IMG/VR virus record: IMGVR_UViG_3300029290_000003
Span: 1 to 44,284 of that record
DNA: 44,284 bases
Source of the DNA: a virus
Lineage: Duplodnaviria > Caudoviricetes
Direction: 5' to 3' (one strand)
A program made the translations under genes and the position numbers. Position 1 is the first letter of the stretch; each line of letters begins with the position of its first letter. Positions 1-6,958 of this stretch are shown in pieces. Below the pieces are notes generated by a model, which was given only the letters and a program-made list of their open reading frames with translations, had not been told where the DNA came from and ran no database searches.

Positions 1-306
1 TTAATGAATACCTTTGCTTGTATCTATAGTGATGCGATCAATAAAGTCTGCCAGCCATAAAATAAAATCATCTTCGCTTTTATGCTTCGGAATCAAGCTC
101 ATATCTAATCTAATGGGTAGTTCATTTTTTTTACTAACAATAGAACCTTCGAAGTTGACAAAGTTATATAAAAACTTTAGCTCAGTACCTGCAATAGCTT
201 GTTTGATTTCCATAAGGAGGTTATTTAAGTTTTTAAAGTGGTTGTTTGAATAATTACTCTTAATATTTTTATTAATTTTTTCTGCTAATAGTAAGTATTT
301 TGGCAT
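1..306 (-). CDS. hypothetical protein, paralog of 716..1171
   Basis: ORF with GGGAG RBS; aligns by eye with the 151-aa neighbour (MPxYLxxAE...YNF...LDMSL.P...ILWLA.FI.RIT). Confidence 0.8.
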   Translation of the reverse strand: MPKYLLLAEKINKNIKSNYSNNHFKNLNNLLMEIKQAIAGTELKFLYNFVNFEGSIVSKKNELPIRLDMSLIPKHKSEDDFILWLADFIDRITIDTSKGIH

Positions 307-629
307 TTTTATCTCCCTATTAATTCTTTATAAAATATGAGTATAGTTTGAAAGTTATAAAAATAAGTTTTTAATTTTTATTAAATTGTTTCTGTATTTT
401 TAGTTTTAATTGATAATTTATGTGTAATATAACTATTTATTGTTTTGAAGTGTGATTTATTTTTGGTTTTTATTCTTGATTAAATTGGTTGGTATTTAGT
501 ATTGACTAAAACACTCGAATTTTATATTTATATTAAATATGCTTAATATTTTAATCTGCTAAGGCTATTTAATATTTACTTGAGACTAAAAGATAATTAA
601 ATTTTTTGTAAGAATAAGGTGGGCTAAAT

Positions 630-652
630 TAAAAAACCGCCCCAGTAGGCGG
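630..652 (-). terminator. intrinsic terminator downstream of 716..1171
   Basis: minus strand CCGCC-TACTGG-GGCGG followed by a U tract. Confidence 0.65.
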
Positions 653-715
653 ATGCTGAATTTACAGCGAGATATAGAAGTGTAGTGGACGATCACTTCT
701 ATATTTTTTATATAC

Positions 716-1171
716 TTATTTTTCTTCTTTTATAATTTTAGTAAAAGCATCTGACTTGAAATAATTAATGATCATCTCTCCATCATCCCCTGTAGAAGAT
801 GATACTTTGAGGGGTTCTTCATAAGTAAACTTAAAATCTGGAGGAATAAATTTTGAGATTGGTGGAAGCTTTGCCTCACCTCCTGTTGTGATTCTTTCAA
901 TAAAACCCGCAAGCCAAAGAATATATTCATCTTTATTTTTATATTTTGGCATCAGGCTCATGTCTAACTTTATGGCACATTCTTCTAATGGCTTGGTTAA
1001 GCATTCTTCAAAATCTATAAAATTATATTTAAGTTTAAACTTGGTTCCTTTAATTTCGTTACGGATTGCACCAACTAAATGATTTAAGTTCTCTGCTGAG
1101 CTTTCTGAAAATAAATTTTTGTCCTCAATTTTTTTATACACATTCTCAGCGATGATTAAATATTGTGGCAT
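716..1171 (-). CDS. hypothetical protein, paralog of 1..306
   Basis: ORF with GGGGAG RBS; similar to 1..306 plus a C-terminal extension. Confidence 0.85.
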   Translation of the reverse strand: MPQYLIIAENVYKKIEDKNLFSESSAENLNHLVGAIRNEIKGTKFKLKYNFIDFEECLTKPLEECAIKLDMSLMPKYKNKDEYILWLAGFIERITTGGEAKLPPISKFIPPDFKFTYEEPLKVSSSTGDDGEMIINYFKSDAFTKIIKEEK

Positions 1172-1364
1172 CTCTATTTTCTCCCTTTTATAGTTAAGCT
1201 ACTCACTCAGCCTTTTAAGGAAGTATGATAGATATCATGTTTTCTAATGTAATTGTTGTACTACCAATTGTAATTAATGTGTTTTTGTGAAAACTGCAAG
1301 CATAACCATCCGAAAAAATTCAGAATAATGCAAAATAAGTCTCATTTTATGGATGGAAACTACT

Positions 1365-1790
1365 TTAACCAAAAAATATTTTTAGTTCATCCAAAGTTGG
1401 AAGTTGATTATAAGATTCATCAGCCGCAATTGTATTGGCCCAATTTGACTTTGAAACAATGCAAAAGTTAAGTTTTTTTAGTACAGTAAGCTCTTGATCT
1501 AAAAGACCTAAAGGGATCCACATAAACTGAGTGCTACCTACTAAGTTTGGTACTGGTGATCCACATTGGCTGCAAAATGAAGATGTGAAGCCTGTTTCTT
1601 TTTTATAAGTGCGGACAAGTTCTAAACCTGACAACCACTCAAATTTATCTTTGCTTACTAATGTTGCTGCATTTGCCCCCGTTCCGGTTTGTTTACGGCA
1701 AAGACTACAGTGGCAGTGATAGACTGTGTTTATTTCATTAGTAATTGAAAATTTAACTTCATTGCATAGACAAGAACCCACGTGACTCAT
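1365..1790 (-). CDS. GFA / CENP-V family Zn-binding protein
   Basis: GSCLC, CHCSLCRK.TG and FCSQCGS motifs; start moved to MSHVGSCLC. Confidence 0.9.
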   Translation of the reverse strand: MSHVGSCLCNEVKFSITNEINTVYHCHCSLCRKQTGTGANAATLVSKDKFEWLSGLELVRTYKKETGFTSSFCSQCGSPVPNLVGSTQFMWIPLGLLDQELTVLKKLNFCIVSKSNWANTIAADESYNQLPTLDELKIFFG

Positions 1791-2112
1791 CTCAAGCATC
1801 CTTAAAAATAATATTGAATATAGCATTAGGCATAAAAGGGTTAAATTTTACATTATATTTTTTAATGGATATGTCTTCTAAGAAGTGCAAATAAATATAA
1901 GGAATTGCTAGCGCTGAGGCTTGGCAGAATGTATTTATAACGTTTAATATGAATTTTGACATATAAATTGAATATAAAAATGCTGTGATGTGTTTATCTT
2001 GGATGCGACTTCAAAGCTTACATGATTAATCAACTCTATCAGCATAATAGTTTTTTATAAATATAATCAATATTTTAGATTTAATTGGTGTTTATTTGGT
2101 GTTTTGGCCAAC

Positions 2113-2121
2113 TTATCCACA
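2113..2121 (+). promoter_or_regulatory. perfect DnaA box upstream of the SRAP gene
   Basis: TTATCCACA exact match. Confidence 0.45.
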
Positions 2122-2218
2122 AGTGATAAAACAACAAAACCGACTAGATTTTTTGATCTGTCGGCCCCTTCTGAGTAGTAATATAAAGTTAGTCGGAAAT
2201 AATAACAATGGTAGATAT

Positions 2219-2854
2219 ATGTGCGCCAATTACGAACCTATAAGTAAAGATCGTGTTCACCTTCTAGATCTCTTCGAACCAACTTTCGACTATAAAGCCG
2301 ATGTTTATCCGGGTTATGACTGCCCTCTTATTTTTTCTAAAGACGGGAAAATTGAATGGCGTCAAGTTAAGTTTGGCATAATCCCACCTTGGAACCATGA
2401 TCTTAAATTCTCAAAATATACTTATAATGCTAGAACTGAAACGGTAGATAAAAAACCGAGCTTTCGACATGCTTGGGCCAAAAGTCAATTTGCCTTGATA
2501 CCAGTCGAAAAGATTTATGAACCGCGATATGTAAATGGGAAAGCAGAACGCTGGGGAATTTTTAGAGAAGATGGTTTGCCTTTTACAGTGGCTGCTATTT
2601 ACGACTCAACCGTTATTGATGGTCAACAAGTTCGATCTATGTCGATGCTGACCATAAATGCTGATAATCACCCTTTCATGAGCCAGTTCCATAAGCCTGA
2701 AGATGAAAAGAGATCGATTATTGTCATTCCAGAAAAGTATCGAGAAGATTGGTTGAACTGTAATAAAGAAGATGCTCATCAATTTTTCTTTGAAATGCCC
2801 CTAGGTGAATTTACTGCTGACTATTTCCCAAAGCAAAGAAAAACAGTCAATTAG
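2219..2854 (+). CDS. SOS response-associated peptidase (SRAP/YedK/HMCES family)
   Basis: start corrected to MCANY so the catalytic Cys is residue 2; YNARTET, IYEP and FHKPEDEKR motifs. Confidence 0.93.
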   Translation: MCANYEPISKDRVHLLDLFEPTFDYKADVYPGYDCPLIFSKDGKIEWRQVKFGIIPPWNHDLKFSKYTYNARTETVDKKPSFRHAWAKSQFALIPVEKIYEPRYVNGKAERWGIFREDGLPFTVAAIYDSTVIDGQQVRSMSMLTINADNHPFMSQFHKPEDEKRSIIVIPEKYREDWLNCNKEDAHQFFFEMPLGEFTADYFPKQRKTVN

Positions 2855-2914
2855 TACCGTTCACTTTCCGACCAAATGCACTAGTGACCGCGACAAGTTA
2901 TGACTAGTACTTAT

Positions 2915-2923
2915 TTATCCACA
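2915..2923 (+). promoter_or_regulatory. perfect DnaA box upstream of umuC
   Basis: TTATCCACA exact match. Confidence 0.45.
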
Positions 2924-2968
2924 GTTTTTTAAATTTGAATTTAAGCAGGCTCAGCTCTACCATTTATT

Positions 2969-2989
2969 TTGAATTTGTAACGTTTTCAA
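2969..2989 (+). promoter_or_regulatory. Acinetobacter UmuDAb-type SOS operator
   Basis: TTGAATTTGTAACGTTTTCAA, 18/21 match to the UmuDAb palindrome as I recall it (TTGAAAATGTAACTTTTTCAA); 7 bp before the umuC ATG. Confidence 0.75.
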
Positions 2990-2996
2990 GATAACC

Positions 2997-4289
2997 ATGA
3001 GAGAGCGAATCTTTGCACTTGTCGATGTGAATAACTGCTATGTCAGTTGTGAGAGGTTTTTTAAACCTGAGTTGAATAACCGCCCCGTTATTGTGCTTTC
3101 GAATAACGACGGCTGTGCAGTAGCTCGAAGTCAAGAAGCTAAGGACCTTGGAATTAAGATGGGGGTTCCTCTCTTCCAGATTAGAGACATTGTAGAAAGA
3201 CATAATGTTGTGGTTCTATCAAGTAACTACAGTGTCTATGCAGAGATGAGCAAAAGGTTTATGGCTATCTTGCGAACCTATGTTACTGAGAGCGAACAAG
3301 AAGTCTATTCAATTGATGAGTGTTTTCTAGACCTAACAGCTTATTTAAATAATTATGATCTAACGACGTATTGCCATGGCATGAAGGAAAGAATTTGGAA
3401 ATGGATTGGCCTTCCAGTATGTATTGGGATTGGCAGATCAAAGACTGAGGCAAAGATAGCAAATCACATTGCAAAGAAGAACAAAGCATTTGATGGTGTG
3501 TGTAATTTAGTTGCGATGGATCCTTGCAATAAAGAGTCATATCTATCATCGATCGATGTAAGTGAAGTTTGGGGCGTTGGTAGGCAGCATACTAAAAAGC
3601 TAAATGGTATGGGCATAAACACTGTTTTAGATTTAGCTATGGCCTGCCCTGAATATATTCAGCAACAGTTTTCTGTGGTCATGAAGAGAACCGTTTATGA
3701 GCTGCAAGGCATATCCTGCATTGAGATTGAGCATTCCCCACCAAGTAAAAAGCAGATCATTTCATCTAAATCATTTGGTCAGAAAGTTACTGAACTCATA
3801 GATCTACAAGAAGCTGTTTCACTCTACATGCAAAATGCTGTGGTCCGGTTAAGAAAAGATAGATTGCTATGCGGCTGCATTATTGTTTTCGCTCAATCAA
3901 ATCCATTCGACAAGCACAAACCTTTCTTTAATAGATCACAGTCACTTCCGGTTAGTGTGCCGACCGACAATGTTTTGAAAATGGTGCAGATAGCCACTTT
4001 TTTAATGAGACATCTATATGCGCGAGGAATTGAATATAAAAAATGTGGGGTGATTTTGACAGGCTTGGAGCCTAAAGATACCTTTACCTATGATCTTTTG
4101 ACAGACTGGGATAAGGTCGAAAAGGACGAGAACTTGATGACTACTATCGAACAAGTAGTCGAGAAGTTTGGAAAGCATAAAATTGCTGTGGGTAGTTGTA
4201 GATTGCCTAATCGTGGTTGGTCCATGACCAGAGATAAACTAACGCAGAATTATTTTAGTTGGGAAGGCTTACCTAAGATTAATAAGTAA
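2997..4289 (+). CDS. umuC: Y-family DNA polymerase V catalytic subunit
   Basis: ALVDVNNCYVSCE, VLSNNDGC and YSIDECFLD motifs; C-terminal WSMTRDKLT. Confidence 0.95.
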   Translation: MRERIFALVDVNNCYVSCERFFKPELNNRPVIVLSNNDGCAVARSQEAKDLGIKMGVPLFQIRDIVERHNVVVLSSNYSVYAEMSKRFMAILRTYVTESEQEVYSIDECFLDLTAYLNNYDLTTYCHGMKERIWKWIGLPVCIGIGRSKTEAKIANHIAKKNKAFDGVCNLVAMDPCNKESYLSSIDVSEVWGVGRQHTKKLNGMGINTVLDLAMACPEYIQQQFSVVMKRTVYELQGISCIEIEHSPPSKKQIISSKSFGQKVTELIDLQEAVSLYMQNAVVRLRKDRLLCGCIIVFAQSNPFDKHKPFFNRSQSLPVSVPTDNVLKMVQIATFLMRHLYARGIEYKKCGVILTGLEPKDTFTYDLLTDWDKVEKDENLMTTIEQVVEKFGKHKIAVGSCRLPNRGWSMTRDKLTQNYFSWEGLPKINK

Positions 4290-4291
4290 AC

Positions 4292-4411
4292 CTATAGAGC
4301 CTTTACACAAATACCAACATTTACAGAAGTGTTAATAGTGTGAGCTGTGCAACCCGAGCAGATTAAACACAGCAATGTAATGATCGATGCAACTTTAGTA
4401 CGTTTACACAT
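4292..4411 (-). CDS. small lipoprotein (39 aa), last gene of the lysis cassette; absent from the ORF track
   Basis: MCKRTKVASIITLLCLICSG-CTAHTINTSVNVGICVKAL; basic N-terminus, hydrophobic core and lipobox; starts 5 bp after the endolysin stop. Confidence 0.7.
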   Translation of the reverse strand: MCKRTKVASIITLLCLICSGCTAHTINTSVNVGICVKAL

Positions 4412-4416
4412 ATAAG

Positions 4417-4971
4417 TTACTTCTTTAAAAATAATGCTCGTTCAGCTTCTCGGCGACGAACTAGACCTTTCATAACTTTTCTGTCTGCCTTGTTCCAAAC
4501 TAAGAACTGATCAGCAGCTCCTTGATAATCACCTTTATTGAGTTTCTTCAATAAGGTTGAATTATTAAAAGCACCTGAGCCAATGTTGTAAGTCAACGAC
4601 ACCAAAGCATCAAATTGATTTTGAGTTAAAGGCACTGTCACCGATTCATTTACAGTCTTTTCAAATTTAGCTAAGTCATGTTTAAAGTAGGCTTTGGCTT
4701 GTTCTGGTGTGCAAGTGTCACCTTGCTTTACCTTCACGCCATTTGGATAAACTGTGGTGCCTGTACCAATGGTCCACACCCCAACACCGTCGTCGTAAGC
4801 TGTAAATCGAGTGCCTTCAAAACCTGTTATTAGGTCTACACCAAAATCACTTGTTGTTTTCCCATCTGGTGCAAGTTTCTCGACTACTTTATTTAGGTCG
4901 TCTACTTGTGCTTGTGTAAGCTTGCCGCCTGCAATAACTCGGGCAGCATTGAAGAATGGTTTAGTTGTCAT
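4417..4971 (-). CDS. endolysin, GH24 lysozyme
   Basis: E-x8-D-x5-T triad (FEGTRFTAYDDGVGVWTIG), LTQNQFDALVS and GLVRRREAE; start at MTTKP. Confidence 0.95.
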   Translation of the reverse strand: MTTKPFFNAARVIAGGKLTQAQVDDLNKVVEKLAPDGKTTSDFGVDLITGFEGTRFTAYDDGVGVWTIGTGTTVYPNGVKVKQGDTCTPEQAKAYFKHDLAKFEKTVNESVTVPLTQNQFDALVSLTYNIGSGAFNNSTLLKKLNKGDYQGAADQFLVWNKADRKVMKGLVRRREAERALFLKK

Positions 4972-5179
4972 TGGATTCACCTTTCTTTTTCTCCAACTCG
5001 GAGCTACCAAAATAAAAGCCACATGCAGTTGTCATAGCCCCTGCAATGAAGCCCAATGCTGTATTAATCAGATTGCTGTTTTCTCGCGGCATATCCACAA
5101 AAAATAAAGCAATCACTAACACAAACATCAATCCCACCAATGCGAAAGCTAGATAAGCGCGAGTATTTTCACTATTCAT
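4961..5179 (-). CDS. holin (2 TM)
   Basis: two hydrophobic helices, GFYFGSS motif, charged tail; overlaps the endolysin start. Confidence 0.8.
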   Translation of the reverse strand: MNSENTRAYLAFALVGLMFVLVIALFFVDMPRENSNLINTALGFIAGAMTTACGFYFGSSELEKKKGESNDN

Positions 5180-5526
5180 GGAGTGCCCCTAAATGCGATT
5201 TTTGATTCAATGACAGCAACCTTTTGATTGGTATCTGAAATGCGTTGATGCAAGGCCTGGTTATTTGAAACAATCCAAGTGCAAAAGGTGATCATTCCAG
5301 TAAGTGCAAACCCTCCAAAGAACTTGAGAAAAGTAATAGCACCTTCTGTTTTTTGAGCACCTGACTCTAGCTTCTCAATCTTTCTTGCATTCTCTTCACT
5401 CTGGGCTTTCTGGTGTTCATTAATAGCTTTTAATTGAATTAAGCTTTCGGATAGCGACTTAACCTCTTGCCGAATATCATCCACCTTCTTTTCTAAGCGG
5501 ATACCATAACTTTCTGTATCTGACAT
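5176..5526 (-). CDS. lysis-cassette membrane protein (coiled coil, single TM, coiled coil; holin/XhlA-like)
   Basis: position and hydropathy pattern. Confidence 0.6.
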   Translation of the reverse strand: MSDTESYGIRLEKKVDDIRQEVKSLSESLIQLKAINEHQKAQSEENARKIEKLESGAQKTEGAITFLKFFGGFALTGMITFCTWIVSNNQALHQRISDTNQKVAVIESKIAFRGTP

Positions 5527-5547
5527 GCCTTCCCCCTAACGTTAGGC

Positions 5548-5573
5548 AAAAAAAAGCCCCAATTAAGGGGCTT
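5548..5573 (-). terminator. intrinsic terminator after the Wzy-like moron
   Basis: AAGCCCC-TTAATT-GGGGCTT plus U tract. Confidence 0.8.
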
Positions 5574-5589
5574 GTAAAGATGTTGAGTG

Positions 5590-6840
5590 TTAGCTCTCTT
5601 TTAGTCGAGCATGATAGAACAATGTACCGAAATACACGCCCCATGATAAATATGTGATAGACCATGCGAAGTTTTTAGAGAAAACGACCATGAATGCAAC
5701 TTGAAGGCACATTAAAAAACAAAATGCCCAGTAAGGATTTTTCAAATCTTTTAAGTAATAAAAGAATGAACTAAAGAGAGTACCAAAGATAACTGCAATA
5801 TAAGCAAGGAAGAACAACAGCCCATACTCTGTATAAGCAGACAAGGCATTGTGAGCATATCCACCCACGTTTTCTGAGCCGACACCGCCTTGGTTTAAAT
5901 AGGCGCCAAAGTCACCAAGTATTGGGTTTTTCTGGATTGTGTCTATTGCAAAATGCTCACGATCATTACGTTGCTGCCAAGACTCATCCTTAGCTGCATT
6001 AAAGATTGCAAACTGCCGAGAATCGCCTAATTCAGCATAATTAGCCACAGCAGCAAAGGCAACAATAGTAAAAATGCTGGCAGCGACAATAAAACTAGAT
6101 TTAATGCGAATAGATCTAATCAAGTGATACGCCATAACAATCAAGAAAAATGCAACTAATTCTGATCGAGCACCAAGCATAAATAAAATAATTAGCAAGG
6201 CTACTGTATGGACTAAATTGGTAATGTTATTTTTAGAGAATGCGATCACAAATGTAGCTACTACCAGTAAATTCCTCGCAATACCCTGATAACTTGCCAA
6301 CTCATCAGTATCTACCAGAACCCCTTTTACAAACGGCAACATGTAGCTATCTTCAGTTATAAAATACCAAACGGAGTATCCTAAAAATAAATAAACGAAG
6401 AATAGACATATTTTTCTCATTCTATCGATATTATATTCCGGTATGTAAAACCCCATGCAATAAAATGCAATCCAAAACAAAATAGTCAGGATTGATTGAT
6501 ATACAGCGAGCGAAACCGAATCATAAAAAGATGCTGCAACTGTGCTAACAATCGCATTAATTAAAGCCAAAAATGCAAGAATTGACAAATATTTAGAGTA
6601 CTTAAACGAATATTTAATCGTAGTCTTACTAGTAATAGCTAATAATACAAAAGCGACTGTTGAAACAATACCGAAGTAGCCACCTAAAAATGGCGGAATG
6701 AATTTATATAAAAGTAATACGTTGTATAAGATATAACCCACAAAAAGCAGTAGGAACATAAGCGAAGAAATGTTCTTATTTATCTCAACAAGTGATATTT
6801 TTGAAGATAAGGAAGCCATACTTGTTACTAAACTAAACAA
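5590..6840 (-). CDS. Wzy / O-antigen ligase family polytopic membrane protein (moron)
   Basis: about 10-12 TM segments; LGARSE motif and a periplasmic loop ending NPILG...YAHNALSAYTEYGL; start may be the ATG at 6819. Confidence 0.85.
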   Translation of the reverse strand: MFSLVTSMASLSSKISLVEINKNISSLMFLLLFVGYILYNVLLLYKFIPPFLGGYFGIVSTVAFVLLAITSKTTIKYSFKYSKYLSILAFLALINAIVSTVAASFYDSVSLAVYQSILTILFWIAFYCMGFYIPEYNIDRMRKICLFFVYLFLGYSVWYFITEDSYMLPFVKGVLVDTDELASYQGIARNLLVVATFVIAFSKNNITNLVHTVALLIILFMLGARSELVAFFLIVMAYHLIRSIRIKSSFIVAASIFTIVAFAAVANYAELGDSRQFAIFNAAKDESWQQRNDREHFAIDTIQKNPILGDFGAYLNQGGVGSENVGGYAHNALSAYTEYGLLFFLAYIAVIFGTLFSSFFYYLKDLKNPYWAFCFLMCLQVAFMVVFSKNFAWSITYLSWGVYFGTLFYHARLKES

Positions 6841-6923
6841 TCAACACAAGAATAAGTTACAAAACTTATTATGTCTATAAACTGTCTAGTTTAAACCCAT
6901 TTAAACTTCCTAAAATTCAAATT

Positions 6924-6946
6924 AAAAAAGCACCCGAAGGTGCTTC
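6924..6946 (-). terminator. intrinsic terminator after the tailspike
   Basis: AAGCACC-TTCG-GGTGCTT plus U tract. Confidence 0.85.
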
Positions 6947-6958
6947 TTTAAGTTTTCC

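Noticed and set aside
1830-2095. attL site
   Set aside because: No matching repeat found in the window; the partner att would lie beyond the integrase start
2096-2218. N-terminal extension of SRAP in the ORF track
   Set aside because: SRAP requires Cys at position 2, so the start is ATG 2219
4470-4500. Endolysin WNKADRKV instead of the more usual WNKAGGKV as a sign of inactivation
   Set aside because: Catalytic triad and reading frame are intact; effect cannot be judged from sequence
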